A stretch of 64,000 nt of DNA from Geoalkalibacter sp. (GCF_030604225.1 NZ_JAUVWH010000001.1:8413-72412); one strand, 5' to 3'; positions 12,713 to 24,224 are shown, counted from the stretch's first letter. Notes: a model not told the origin generated them from the sequence alone. Program-made: numbers and translations.

Positions 12713-14119
12713 TTAAAACAATCCCAACTGGCTGTCGGCCTTGAGGCGCGGAAATTTCACCGGGTAGAAACCGCTGAAGCAGGCATCGCAGAAATGCCCC
12801 CCCTTGCTGCCCGGTAGACCGGCGGCCTCGCGCATGCCTTCGCGGGAGAGGTAGCCCAGGGTGTCCGAGGTGATGTAGCGGTTGATTTCCTCGATGGTGT
12901 GGGAGGAGGAAATCAGCTCCTTGCGCGTCGGGGTGTCGATACCGTAGTAGCAGGGAAAGCTGGTCGGCGGGCTGGAAATGCGCACATGAATTTCCTTGGC
13001 GCCGGCGGCGCGGATCATCTTGATGATCTTGCGCGCGGTGGTGCCGCGCACGATGGAATCATCGATCACCACCACGCGCTTGCCTTCGATGACCTCGCGC
13101 ACCGGGTTGAGCTTGATCTTGACGCCGAAATGGCGGATGGACTGCTGCGGCTCGATAAAGGTGCGTCCGACGTAATGGTTGCGGATCAGGCCAAGCTGAA
13201 AGGGAATGCCCGATTCCTCGGCGTAGCCGATGGCCGCGGGCACGCCGGAGTCGGGGATGGGAATCACCACATCGGCGTCCACGGCATGCTCGCGGGCCAG
13301 CATGCGACCGAATTCCTTACGCACGCCATAGACTTGGCGGCCAAACACCACGCTGTCGGGACGGGCGAAGTAAATGTGCTCGAAAATGCACGGGGTGGGA
13401 TTGGCCTTGCCGAAGGGTTGGTAGCTCTTCATCCCCTCCTTGTCGATGAGCACCATCTCGCCGGGCTCGATTTCGCGAATAAATTCCGCCTCGATGAGAT
13501 CGAAGGCGCAGGATTCGGACGCCACCACGTAGGCCCCGTCCAGGCGCCCCAGCACCAGGGGCCGGAAACCGTTGGGGTCGCGCACCGCCACCATGCGCGT
13601 TTCGGTCAGAAACACCAGGCTGTAGGCGCCGCGCACGTCCTGCAGCACCTGCCCGATACGATCCGGCAGGGAATCGGCCTGCGCGCGGGCGAGCAAATGA
13701 ACGATAACCTCGGTGTCGGAGGTGGTGGAAAAGATCGAGCCGGCCAGTTCCAGCTCGTTGCGAATCTCCTGGGCGTTGACCAGGTTGCCGTTGTGAGCCA
13801 CGGCGATGCTGCCGCGCAGGTAATCCACCATGATGGGCTGCACGTTCTTGATGTCGCTGCCGCCGGCGGTGGAATAGCGTACATGGCCGATGGCGCTGCG
13901 CCCCGAGAGGCGATTGAAGATTTCCTCGTCCTTGAAGACATCGGCAACCAGCCCCATGCCGCGATGGGCACGCAGGCGGGTGCCGTCCGAGGCGACGATG
14001 CCGCAGCTTTCCTGGCCACGATGCTGCAGGGCATAGAGTCCCAGGTAGCTGAGATTGGAGGCTTCCGGATGACCGAAGATGCCGAATACGCCGCACTCTT
14101 CATGCAACTTATCAAACAT
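12713..14119 (-). CDS. purF: amidophosphoribosyltransferase (Fe-S type with propeptide)
   Basis: 468 aa. MFDKLHEE|CGVFGIFGH gives an N-terminal Cys after a short propeptide. PRPP motif [13 protein letters not shown]. Cys ligand pattern SFPCYYG ... FCDACF. Confidence 0.95.
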   Translation of the reverse strand: MFDKLHEECGVFGIFGHPEASNLSYLGLYALQHRGQESCGIVASDGTRLRAHRGMGLVADVFKDEEIFNRLSGRSAIGHVRYSTAGGSDIKNVQPIMVDYLRGSIAVAHNGNLVNAQEIRNELELAGSIFSTTSDTEVIVHLLARAQADSLPDRIGQVLQDVRGAYSLVFLTETRMVAVRDPNGFRPLVLGRLDGAYVVASESCAFDLIEAEFIREIEPGEMVLIDKEGMKSYQPFGKANPTPCIFEHIYFARPDSVVFGRQVYGVRKEFGRMLAREHAVDADVVIPIPDSGVPAAIGYAEESGIPFQLGLIRNHYVGRTFIEPQQSIRHFGVKIKLNPVREVIEGKRVVVIDDSIVRGTTARKIIKMIRAAGAKEIHVRISSPPTSFPCYYGIDTPTRKELISSSHTIEEINRYITSDTLGYLSREGMREAAGLPGSKGGHFCDACFSGFYPVKFPRLKADSQLGLF

Positions 14120-14223
14120 GCCGAGATATGTCCCTGTTTTTGTGAGGTTTTAAGGTTTCCAGAGCTCATCTCCGGATGGCGCACAGTCTAGCACAGGTGC
14201 ATCCGGAAAAGATACCGAGGCGG

Positions 14224-15054
14224 TCATAAAAGGTTGTCCCGCACGAAGCGCACCGCATTCTGGAACAGCCACAGGCCCATGCCCTCCTCGGGCAATCCGG
14301 GCTCACGGGTCCAGCGAGGATGATGGGTGCGATGCACGTAGGCTTCGGGATGCGGCATGAGGCCGAAGAGCCGTCCGGTTTCATCGCAAATCCCGGCGAT
14401 GCCCGCCAACGAACCGTTGGGATTCGCGGGATAATCGAGGGCGGTGCGATGGTAATTGGCGTCGGAATAGCGCATGACGGCCAAATGGCGGCTTTCAATC
14501 TCCTGCAGAACAGCGTCGGAAGCCGGCACGAACTTGCCCTCGCCGTGACGCACCGGCAGATACACGCCGTTGATGCCCTGGGTGAACACGCAAGGAGAAT
14601 AGGGATCGATCTTGAGGTAGGCCCAGCGATCCTCGAAGCGCCCGCCGTCGTTGAAGGTCAGGGTGGCGCTCTGGGTTTGGTAGTCACCGTCGAGGGCGGG
14701 CAGCAGCCCCATCTTGATCATCAACTGAAAGCCGTTGCACACGCCCATGATCAGCTTGCCGTCGCTGATGAAGCGACGCAACTGATCGCTCAGATGCTCC
14801 TCGCTGCCCTGGATGCGGGCATGCCGCAGGCGGTTGGCGCCGGCTTTGGCGCTGCCCAGGTCATCGCCGTCGAGAAAACCGCCGGCCAGATTGAGAAAAT
14901 GGTAATCGTCAAGGCTGGCGCGACCGGCCAGGAGTTCGGCGATATGCACGACATCGGCCACGTCGCTGCCGGCCAGGCGGCAGGCCGCCGCGACCTCGCG
15001 CTCACAATTGGTGCCGTTGCCGGCAATGACGACAGCGCGTACTTTCTTGGGCAT
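14224..15054 (-). CDS. purQ: phosphoribosylformylglycinamidine synthase, glutaminase subunit
   Basis: 276 aa. GATase1 nucleophile motif MGVCNGFQLM and MPHPE. Starts 2 nt after the purL stop. Confidence 0.9.
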   Translation of the reverse strand: MPKKVRAVVIAGNGTNCEREVAAACRLAGSDVADVVHIAELLAGRASLDDYHFLNLAGGFLDGDDLGSAKAGANRLRHARIQGSEEHLSDQLRRFISDGKLIMGVCNGFQLMIKMGLLPALDGDYQTQSATLTFNDGGRFEDRWAYLKIDPYSPCVFTQGINGVYLPVRHGEGKFVPASDAVLQEIESRHLAVMRYSDANYHRTALDYPANPNGSLAGIAGICDETGRLFGLMPHPEAYVHRTHHPRWTREPGLPEEGMGLWLFQNAVRFVRDNLL

Positions 15055-15056
15055 CT

Positions 15057-18047
15057 CTACATCTCCTTCAAAGGCGCCTGCCAGGCCGCCTTGAGTTCAT
15101 CCAGGCCAGCGCGCACCAGGGCTTGCCCCTCTAATCCGGTCAGTTCCAGCACCGGCTCGGCAATGACCTCACCGATCAGCGACACATCAAGATCCGCGAA
15201 CAGACCTTCAAATCGGTCGCGATCATCGGGGTTGACGCTGACCAGGAAGCGGCTCGGGGTTTCGCTGAACAGAACCTGCGCATCGGCCATCGCGCCCGCC
15301 GTCCTCACCTGGCGCAGATCGGCGCGAATGCCGAAGCCGCCGGCGAAGGCGGTTTCCGCCAGTGCCACGCCCAAACCGCCGTCGGAAAGATCGTGACAGG
15401 AGGCCAGCACGCCCTCTTCCTGGGCACGGTTGAGAGCGCGGAACAGCCGCAGGGCGGCGGGAGCATCGACCGTCGGCACGTTGCGCCCGAGTTCACCGCG
15501 CAGGGCGTAATATTCGGAGCCGCCCAGTTCATCACGGGTAACGCCGAGCACATAGACCAGATCACCGGGTGCCTTGACATCCATGGTGACGGCTCGGCGT
15601 ACGTCGTCCACGCGGCCCATGACGGAAAAGAGCACCGTCGGCGGGATGGAGATCTTGCGGTCGCCGATCATGTAGTCGTTCTTCATGGAGTCCTTGCCCG
15701 AGATCAGCGGCACGCCGAAAGCCACGCAATAATCGCGCAGGGCCTTATTGGCCCGCACCAGCTGGGCGGCCTTGTAGGCGCCGTCGGGCGTTTTTTCGCT
15801 CTCCACCGGGTCGCACCAGCAGAAATTGTCAAGCCCCGCCACATGGTCGATGTCGCCGCCGACGGCCACGTAGTTGCGCAGCGCCTCGTCGATGGCGCAG
15901 GCCATCATCTGGTAGGTGTCGATATCGCTGTAGCGCGGGCAGATGCCGTGGGCGACGACGATGCCCTCGAAACTCTCGGCCAGGGGACGCACCACGGCGG
16001 CGTCCGAAGGGCCGTCGTTGACCACGCCGGTAAGGGGTTTGACCACGGTGCCGGCCTGCACCTCATGGTCGTAGCGGCGCACCACGCTTTCCTTGGAGCA
16101 GATATTGAGGCGGCCCAGCAGTTGCTTGAGCACCGTGGTGGCATCGGCGGGGGGATCGAGGAGCGGTTCGCGCAGGCCGCGTTCCTCGGGCGTCCGCCAG
16201 CGGGCGGGAAGCTTGAGCTGCGGCACGCCCTTGTGCAGAAAATTCATGTCCAGATAAGTGACGGTGCGCCCCTCATGGAGACAATGAAAGTAGCCCGAGG
16301 TGGTGAACTCACCCAGGTCGGTGGCCTCCACATCCATCTCGGCGGCCAGTTGCAGGAACGCATCGATCTTGTGCGGCGGCACGGCCACCGTCATGCGCTC
16401 CTGGGCCTCGGAAATAAGGATTTCCCAGGGCTGGAGGCCGGGATATTTGAGAGGCGCGCGATCCAGGTGTAGCTCGAAGCCACCCGTGTCCTCGGACATT
16501 TCGCCGACGGACGAGGACAGGCCGCCCGCGCCGTTGTCGGTGATGGAGTTGTACAGACCGCGGTCGCGGGCCAGGATGAGAAAGTCGAACATGCGCCGCT
16601 GGGTGATGGGGTCGCCGATCTGCACCGCGGTGGCCGGCGAGCCCTCATGGAGTTCTTCCGAGGAAAAGGTGGCGCCGTGGATGCCGTCCTTGCCGATGCG
16701 CCCGCCGACCATGACGATGCGATCGGCGTCCTCGGCTTTTTTCTCATGGCAGGGCTTGCCGTTCAGGGTGGCGGGCATGATGGAGCCGGTGCCGCAATAG
16801 ACCAGGGGCTTGCCGGCGAAGCGCTCGTCGAAGACGATGGAGCCGTTGACCGTGGGAATGCCGCTTTTGTTGCCGCCGTGCTCGACCCCCTCGACCACGC
16901 CCTCGAAAATGCGGCGCGGATGCAGCAGGCGCGGCGGCAGGGGTTGATCGTAAAAGGGCGAGGCGAAGCAGAACACATCGGTATTGAACAACAGACGCGC
17001 GCCCATGCCGGTACCGAAGGCGTCGCGGTTGACACCGACGATGCCGGTCAGCGCGCCGCCATAAGGGTCGAGGGCGCTGGGCGAGTTATGGGTTTCAACC
17101 TTGAAGGCGATGCTCCAGTCGTCGTTGAAGCGGATCACCCCGGCGTTGTCCTTGAATACCGACAGGCAGAAATCCCGGTCACCGAGATTTTGCCGCACCA
17201 GGCGGGTGGTTTCAGCGATGAAATTGCGAAACAGCGAGTCGATGGTTTCGCGGCCACCCTCCCCGTCCTCGTAATCGATGCGCGCGGCGAAGATCTTGTG
17301 CTTGCAGTGCTCGCTCCAGGTCTGGGCCAGCGCTTCAAGTTCGGCATCGGTGAGCTTGGCGCCCAGCCCGACCTTGCGCCGCTTGGCGATGACGGCGGGA
17401 TCGGCGATGTAGGCCTGAATCGCCTTCATCTCCTCGAGGTTGAGGGCCAGCATGCCCTCCTTGCTGATTCTAAGCAGTTCCTCGTCGCTGACGTTCAGGT
17501 CGATTTCCCGGATCTCCGGGGTGGCGGTGCTGATGACCCGAGGAATGCTCAGGGGCACGCCGCGCTCAAAATCGAAGTCCTCGCGCGCGAGGATGGTCCA
17601 GCGCTGAATCAGGGCATTGCCGAGGAAATCGTGGGCGATGCGCTCGGCGGCCGCCTTGTCGATACGTCCCTTGAGCAGGTACTGTACCGAGGTGTAGACC
17701 CCCTCCCCGGCGGCGAACTTGCGACCGGTCAGATACTGGATCGCCTCGCGGGCGGTGCGCCCCACGTTGTCGGTCACGCCAGGTCGAAAGCCCACCTCGA
17801 TAAGGATGTCGAAGTCGTGGGCCAGGGGCCGGTTGACGGCGACGTCCTGAATCACCGAATCGGAGAAGGGTCCACGCGCGGCGGCCGCGACTTCTTCATC
17901 GCTCAGGGCGGCATCCACCGTGTACACGTCGAGGGTGCGCACGCTTTCCAACTCGATTTGCAGATGCCGACTGAGTTCGCGCCGCACCCGCTCGCCGCGG
18001 GCATCACGCACGCCGTCTTTTAATCCGACAATGATTCTCCAGGGCAT
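15057..18047 (-). CDS. purL: phosphoribosylformylglycinamidine synthase II with fused tandem PurS-like N-terminal repeats
   Basis: 996 aa. PurL/AIR-synthase-like core (...VETHNSPSALDPYGGALTG...). The first ~170 aa form two PurS-like repeats (IIVGLKDGVRDARGERV... and LIEVGFRPGVTDNVGRTA...). Confidence 0.93.
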   Translation of the reverse strand: MPWRIIVGLKDGVRDARGERVRRELSRHLQIELESVRTLDVYTVDAALSDEEVAAAARGPFSDSVIQDVAVNRPLAHDFDILIEVGFRPGVTDNVGRTAREAIQYLTGRKFAAGEGVYTSVQYLLKGRIDKAAAERIAHDFLGNALIQRWTILAREDFDFERGVPLSIPRVISTATPEIREIDLNVSDEELLRISKEGMLALNLEEMKAIQAYIADPAVIAKRRKVGLGAKLTDAELEALAQTWSEHCKHKIFAARIDYEDGEGGRETIDSLFRNFIAETTRLVRQNLGDRDFCLSVFKDNAGVIRFNDDWSIAFKVETHNSPSALDPYGGALTGIVGVNRDAFGTGMGARLLFNTDVFCFASPFYDQPLPPRLLHPRRIFEGVVEGVEHGGNKSGIPTVNGSIVFDERFAGKPLVYCGTGSIMPATLNGKPCHEKKAEDADRIVMVGGRIGKDGIHGATFSSEELHEGSPATAVQIGDPITQRRMFDFLILARDRGLYNSITDNGAGGLSSSVGEMSEDTGGFELHLDRAPLKYPGLQPWEILISEAQERMTVAVPPHKIDAFLQLAAEMDVEATDLGEFTTSGYFHCLHEGRTVTYLDMNFLHKGVPQLKLPARWRTPEERGLREPLLDPPADATTVLKQLLGRLNICSKESVVRRYDHEVQAGTVVKPLTGVVNDGPSDAAVVRPLAESFEGIVVAHGICPRYSDIDTYQMMACAIDEALRNYVAVGGDIDHVAGLDNFCWCDPVESEKTPDGAYKAAQLVRANKALRDYCVAFGVPLISGKDSMKNDYMIGDRKISIPPTVLFSVMGRVDDVRRAVTMDVKAPGDLVYVLGVTRDELGGSEYYALRGELGRNVPTVDAPAALRLFRALNRAQEEGVLASCHDLSDGGLGVALAETAFAGGFGIRADLRQVRTAGAMADAQVLFSETPSRFLVSVNPDDRDRFEGLFADLDVSLIGEVIAEPVLELTGLEGQALVRAGLDELKAAWQAPLKEM

Positions 18048-18146
18048 GCAAACTCCTGTGTTGTTCTGGTATTGGCGGGGGCGATTGATGAATCGCCCTT
18101 ACAAGGGCCGATCGCTGTTTGGCAAGGGGCGACGCATGCCTTGCCC

Positions 18147-19442
18147 CTACCCGCCGAACACCCGCTTGAAAATGGTGTCGACGTGCTTGAGGTGATAGTT
18201 CAGATCGAAGGATTCGCGGATCTTGGCTTCGCCGAGGGCCTTGACCACTTCGGCATCGGCCAGCAGTTCTTCCTGGAAGTCCTTGCCCTGCTCCCAGACC
18301 TTCATGGCGTTGTGCTGCACCAGGCGATAAGCGTCCTCGCGCGACACCCCGGCCTGGGTCAGGTCGAGAAGGATTTTCTGGGAAAACACCAGGCCCTTCA
18401 TCTGGTTGAGGTTTTTCAGCATGTTTTGCGGATAGACCACCAGATTCTTGATCAGGCCGTTGAGGCGGCGCAGGGCAAAATCGAGAGTAACCGTCGCGTC
18501 GGGGGCGATGTTGCGCTCCACGGAGGAGTGGGAGATGTCGCGCTCATGCCAGAGCGCCACGTTTTCCAGAGCCGGGATGCAGTAGCCGCGCACCAGGCGG
18601 GCGAGACCGGTGAGGTTTTCGCTGAGGATGGGGTTGCGCTTGTGGGGCATGGCCGAGGAACCCTTCTGCCCCTTACTGAAAAATTCTTCGGCTTCCAGCA
18701 CTTCGGTACGCTGCAGGTGCCGGACCTCGACGGAGATGCGCTCCAGGGACGAGGCGATCACCGCCAGGGTGCAGAAATACTCGGCATGACGGTCGCGGGG
18801 GATGACCTGGGTGGATACCGGCTCGGGCTCAAGACCCATCTGCCGGCAAACATACTCCTCAACCCTTGGGTCGATGTTGGCGAAGGTGCCCACCGCGCCG
18901 GAAATGGCGCCCGTGGCGATATTTTCGCGGGCGGCTTCGAGGCGCTTGCGGTTGCGCTCCATCTCGGCATACCAGGTCGCGAGCTTGAGGCCGAAGGTCA
19001 CAGGTTCGGCGTGAATGCCGTGGGAGCGTCCCATGCACACCGTATCCTTGTGCTCGAAGGCGCGCGCGCGAATGGAATCGAGCACCATGTCGAGATCGGC
19101 CAGCAACTCGTCGGCGGCCTGCACCAGTTGCACCGACAGGCAGGTGTCGAGCACGTCGGAGCTGGTCATGCCCTGATGGATGAAGCGCGCCTCGGGACCG
19201 ACAAATTCAGCGACGGAGGTCAGAAAGGCGATGACGTCGTGCTTGACTTCCGCCTCAATCTCGTCGATGCGCGCGATGTCGAAATGGCCTTTCTCGCGAA
19301 TGACCTTCACCGCCTCGCGGGGAATCACGCCCAGTTCCGCCTGGGCCTCGCAGGCCAGGGTTTCAATTTCCAGCCAGATGCGGAAGCGGTTTTCGGGTTC
19401 CCAGATGCGGGCCATTTCGGGGCGGGTGTAGCGTGGGATCAT
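18147..19442 (-). CDS. purB: adenylosuccinate lyase
   Basis: Start re-assigned to ATG at 19442 (MIPRYTRPEMARIWEPENRF), preceded by CAGGAG. Signature GSSAMPHKRNP. Confidence 0.95.
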   Translation of the reverse strand: MIPRYTRPEMARIWEPENRFRIWLEIETLACEAQAELGVIPREAVKVIREKGHFDIARIDEIEAEVKHDVIAFLTSVAEFVGPEARFIHQGMTSSDVLDTCLSVQLVQAADELLADLDMVLDSIRARAFEHKDTVCMGRSHGIHAEPVTFGLKLATWYAEMERNRKRLEAARENIATGAISGAVGTFANIDPRVEEYVCRQMGLEPEPVSTQVIPRDRHAEYFCTLAVIASSLERISVEVRHLQRTEVLEAEEFFSKGQKGSSAMPHKRNPILSENLTGLARLVRGYCIPALENVALWHERDISHSSVERNIAPDATVTLDFALRRLNGLIKNLVVYPQNMLKNLNQMKGLVFSQKILLDLTQAGVSREDAYRLVQHNAMKVWEQGKDFQEELLADAEVVKALGEAKIRESFDLNYHLKHVDTIFKRVFGG

Positions 19443-19476
19443 GGTGGAAGCACTCCTGATGTTAAAATTCAAAAGC

Positions 19477-19590
19477 TTGGGACACGGATCAGATCTGATC
19501 AAAGCGGATAAAACAGAAACCCTCTCATTGTTAATAAAGGCCTTCCGCTAGTCTTGATCCGCTTTTATCGGATATGATCCGTGTCCCCAA
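19477..19590. repeat. nested palindromic intergenic element (GCGGAT-arm family), copy 2
   Basis: Outer arms TTGGGACACGGATCA (19477-19491) / TGATCCGTGTCCCCAA (19575-19590). Inner arms AAAGCGGAT (19501-19509) / ATCCGCTTT (19557-19565). The ~33-nt arms pair with a few mismatches. Confidence 0.7.
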
Positions 19591-19609
19591 AGGGTCTTTG
19601 TCTTTGCCT

Positions 19610-20383
19610 TTAGGTCAGCGCCACGCACAGGCTCGGCACATCCTGCCGACCGACGATCAATTGCGGATGGCAGCGGTTCTGGCCGTCGAGCATCTGCCGC
19701 ACCTCGGCCAAGGCCAACTCGGCGCGGTTGTTGGTTTCGCTCAGATGGGCGAGAAACACCACCTCCAGCCCGTCCCACAGCAGATCGGCCAGCAGTTCGG
19801 CGCAGGCGTTGTTGGACAGATGGCCGTGATTGCCGCGGATGCGCTGCTTGAGGGGCCAGGGATAGGGGCCGTCGCGCAGCAAAATTTCATCGTGATTGGC
19901 TTCCAGTACCAGCACCCGGCAACCTTTGAGCCGCTCTCGAACCAGGCGGGTACCGATGCCCAAATCCGTTGCGATGCCCAGCTTGCCTTCCCGAGTTTCG
20001 ATCACATAGCCGACGGGTTGAGCGGCGTCGTGGGTCAGGGGAAAGGTCTCGACACGCAGATCGCGACAGCAGAACGTCGCTCCGGCATCAAATTCTTCGA
20101 TTGCGGTAATGGCTCCCAGGGCAGGAAACGCCTGGCGGGTTTCAGGATTGATATGCACCGGCAGACGATAACGTCGGGACAGAGGACCGACGCCCCGCAT
20201 GTGATCGCCGTGTTCATGGGAGACGAAAATCGCGCTCAGGGATTCGGGAGCGACGTCCACCTGCCGCAGGCGCTGCGACAACTCTGTCGCCGACAGTCCG
20301 GCGTCGACGAGAATGCGACTTTCCCGGCTTTCCAGGTAGATCGCGTTTCCCTTGCTGCCGCTCGCAATCAGACAGACCCGCAA
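19610..20383 (-). CDS. MBL-fold metallo-hydrolase (YycJ-like)
   Basis: HxHxDH motif FVSHEHGDHMRG. Family-typical N-terminus (L)RVCLIASGSKGNAIYLE. I place the start at TTG 20383, after GGGAGAG. The tracked ORF extends to 20623, but that upstream part looks non-coding. Confidence 0.72.
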   Translation of the reverse strand: MRVCLIASGSKGNAIYLESRESRILVDAGLSATELSQRLRQVDVAPESLSAIFVSHEHGDHMRGVGPLSRRYRLPVHINPETRQAFPALGAITAIEEFDAGATFCCRDLRVETFPLTHDAAQPVGYVIETREGKLGIATDLGIGTRLVRERLKGCRVLVLEANHDEILLRDGPYPWPLKQRIRGNHGHLSNNACAELLADLLWDGLEVVFLAHLSETNNRAELALAEVRQMLDGQNRCHPQLIVGRQDVPSLCVALT

Positions 20384-20482
20384 ATAGCTCTCCCACACGC
20401 CGGGTAAAAATACAATGTGCCGTGCAAGGAAGGCCCTCGCACAGCACTGGAAGCGGTGCCCTATATACCTGAAAATCGCTGA

Positions 20483-21676
<1,194 letters not shown>

Positions 21677-21697
21677 GTCATCGGCCTTTTGTGTGCC

Positions 21698-21745
21698 GAA
21701 GGGGCGGGTCGAAACCAGGGACCTGCCCCTTCTTCATTTTCATTT
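21698..21745 (+). terminator. putative attenuating terminator between gap and pgk
   Basis: GAAGGGGC (21698-21705) pairs with GCCCCTTC (21725-21732), followed by TTCATTTTCATTT. Confidence 0.45.
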
Positions 21746-21766
21746 CCTTTCTGGAGGTAAGCCCGC

Positions 21767-22957
21767 ATGTCACGCAAGATGACCATCGAGGATGTCGATT
21801 TTCGCGGCAAACGCGTGTTCTGCCGCGTGGATTTCAATGTACCTCTCAATGATCGGCAGGAAATCGAGGACGATACCCGCATCACCGCCGCCCTGCCGAC
21901 CCTGCGCTACATTCTCGAGCAAGGCGGCCGCCTGATTCTGGCCTCTCATCTCGGCCGCCCCAAGGCCAAACCCGAGGCCAAATACAGCCTGGCTCCCGTG
22001 GCGCCTCATCTCGCCGAACTTCTTGGTCGCCCGGTAGCCATGGCCAAGGATTGCGTGGGCGCCGAAGTCCTTGCCCTGACCCAGAAAATGGCCGATGGCG
22101 ACGTGCTGCTGCTGGAAAACGTGCGCTTTCACCCCGGCGAGGAAAAAAACGACCCGGAATTTAGCCGGCAGTTGGCGGAACTTGCGGAAATCTACGTCAA
22201 CGACGCCTTCGGCACCGCCCACCGCGCCCATGCCTCCACGGAAGGCGTCGCCCGCCTGCTCAAGCCGGCGGTGGCCGGATTCCTCATGGGCAAGGAGCTC
22301 GAATACCTGAGCGGCGCCCTGGCCGCGCCCAAGCGACCTTTTGTCGCCGTGCTCGGCGGCGCCAAGGTCAGCGACAAGATTTCCGTCATCGAAAACCTGC
22401 TGTCCAAGGTCGACACCCTGATCATCGGCGGCGGCATGGCCTACACTTTCCTCAAGGCGCAAGGCATCGAGGTCGGCAAATCCCTGGTGGAAGCCGACCG
22501 CATCGAACTGGCCGGGCGGCTCCTGACCCAGGCCAGGGAAAAGGGCGTCAGCCTGCTGCTGCCCGAGGATCATGTCATCGCCCGCGAATTCAAGGCCGAT
22601 GCCGAGCATCGCACCTGTGACAATACCGGATTCCCGGTGGACTGGATGGCCTTGGACATCGGTCCGCGGACCATCGCCGCCTACCGGCAGGCGCTGGACC
22701 AGGCCGGCACCGTGGTGTGGAACGGTCCCATGGGCGTCTTCGAGTTCGACGCCTTTGCCGAGGGAACTTTCGCCGTGGCCCGCGCCCTGGCCGAATCCCA
22801 GGCCACCACCATCATCGGCGGCGGCGATTCGGTTTCGGCGGTGAAGAAATCCGGCCTCGAGGAGCGCATGACGCATATTTCCACCGGCGGCGGCGCGTCC
22901 CTGGAACTGCTTGAAGGCAAGGTGCTGCCCGGCGTGGCGGCGTTGACGGACAAATAA
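21767..22957 (+). CDS. pgk: phosphoglycerate kinase
   Basis: 396 aa. [19 protein letters not shown], and GGGDSVSAV...[14 protein letters not shown]. Confidence 0.96.
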   Translation: MSRKMTIEDVDFRGKRVFCRVDFNVPLNDRQEIEDDTRITAALPTLRYILEQGGRLILASHLGRPKAKPEAKYSLAPVAPHLAELLGRPVAMAKDCVGAEVLALTQKMADGDVLLLENVRFHPGEEKNDPEFSRQLAELAEIYVNDAFGTAHRAHASTEGVARLLKPAVAGFLMGKELEYLSGALAAPKRPFVAVLGGAKVSDKISVIENLLSKVDTLIIGGGMAYTFLKAQGIEVGKSLVEADRIELAGRLLTQAREKGVSLLLPEDHVIAREFKADAEHRTCDNTGFPVDWMALDIGPRTIAAYRQALDQAGTVVWNGPMGVFEFDAFAEGTFAVARALAESQATTIIGGGDSVSAVKKSGLEERMTHISTGGGASLELLEGKVLPGVAALTDK

Positions 22958-22971
22958 GGGAGAACGACGAT

Positions 22972-23730
22972 ATGCGCAAACCCCTGATCGCGGGCAATTG
23001 GAAGCTGCACAAAACCATTCCCGAGGCCCTGGAACTGGTCGAAGCCCTGAAACAGAACCTGGCCGACATAACCGATGTCGAGGTGGTGGTGGCGCCGGTT
23101 TTCACCGCTCTTGTGCCCGTCGCCAAGGTGCTGGAAGGCTCGTCCATCGTCCTGGCGGCACAGAACTGCTATTTTGAAAACAACGGCGCCTTCACCGGCG
23201 AAGTCTCCCCCGCCCTACTCAAGGACGCCGGTTGTTCCCATGTGATCCTCGGCCATTCCGAGCGCCGTCAGCTTTTCGGCGAGACGGATGAATTGATCAA
23301 CCGCAAGGTCAAGGCGGTTCTGGCCGAAGGGCTGACGCCCATCTTCTGCATCGGCGAGACGCTTGAGGAGCGCGAGAACGATGAAATGATGGATGTCCTG
23401 AAACGCCAGGTGACCGTCGGCCTCAAGGGCTTGAGCGAAAGCCAGATGCTCAACGTCGTGGTCGCCTATGAGCCGGTGTGGGCCATCGGCACGGGCAAGA
23501 CCGCGACCGGCGAACAGGCCCAGGTGGCCCATGCCTTCGTGCGCGGCCTGCTCGCCGGCCTGTTCGGCACGCCCCTCGCCGAGCAGGTGCGCATTCTCTA
23601 CGGCGGCAGCGTCAAGCCCGACAACGTCGACGGCCTGATGGCGCAGATGGATATCGACGGCACCCTGGTCGGCGGCGCGAGCCTCAAGGCCGGGGATTTT
23701 ATTCGGATCGCCCGGTTTGAAAAAAACTGA
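22972..23730 (+). CDS. tpiA: triose-phosphate isomerase
   Basis: 252 aa. [14 protein letters not shown], and [14 protein letters not shown]. Confidence 0.96.
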   Translation: MRKPLIAGNWKLHKTIPEALELVEALKQNLADITDVEVVVAPVFTALVPVAKVLEGSSIVLAAQNCYFENNGAFTGEVSPALLKDAGCSHVILGHSERRQLFGETDELINRKVKAVLAEGLTPIFCIGETLEERENDEMMDVLKRQVTVGLKGLSESQMLNVVVAYEPVWAIGTGKTATGEQAQVAHAFVRGLLAGLFGTPLAEQVRILYGGSVKPDNVDGLMAQMDIDGTLVGGASLKAGDFIRIARFEKN

Positions 23731-23810
23731 TTTTCTCCTTTTCTCCCCGCGTCATCTGTGATAGTTTTGCCCGGTTCAACGCCAAACTTTGATGGGAGAA
23801 CGTTTTTTCA

Positions 23811-24215
23811 ATGACCACGCTTCTTGTTTTTCTGCACATCCTGGTCTGCTTCGCCTTGATCATCATCGTCCTGCTGCAAGCCGGCAAGGGTGCCAGCATC
23901 GGCGCTTCCTTCGGCGCCGGCGCCAGCGGCACGGTGTTCGGCGCCGCGGGCGCCGGCAGCTTTCTCGGCAAGCTGACGGGCGCCGCCGCCATAATCTTCA
24001 TGCTCACCAGCCTGACGCTGTCCTATTTCGCCGGCCGCCCCGGCGCCGGCAGCATCATGCCCGACATGGTCGCGCCCCCGCAGCAGAGCTTGCCGGCCCT
24101 TGATCCGGCCCTGCCCCCCGGTCCGGCTCCCGTGGCGGAACCCGTGGCACCAGCTGCAGAACCGGCACCCGCGCCGGCGGAAAATGCTCCGGCGCAACCG
24201 GCCAATCAGAACTAA
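23811..24215 (+). CDS. secG: preprotein translocase subunit SecG with a long Pro/Ala-rich C-terminal tail
   Basis: N-terminal ~75 aa (LLVFLHILVCFALIIIVLLQAGKGASIGASFG...) is SecG-like. The conserved tpiA-secG-tRNA-Leu context supports the call. The last ~60 aa are low complexity. Confidence 0.85.
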   Translation: MTTLLVFLHILVCFALIIIVLLQAGKGASIGASFGAGASGTVFGAAGAGSFLGKLTGAAAIIFMLTSLTLSYFAGRPGAGSIMPDMVAPPQQSLPALDPALPPGPAPVAEPVAPAAEPAPAPAENAPAQPANQN

Positions 24216-24224
24216 GAAAATTGA

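Noticed and set aside
19610-20383. The MBL-fold hydrolase as a beta-lactamase resistance gene.
   Set aside because: It has no signal peptide. Its YycJ-like N-terminus and size fit the cytoplasmic metallo-hydrolase or nuclease-type members of the fold.
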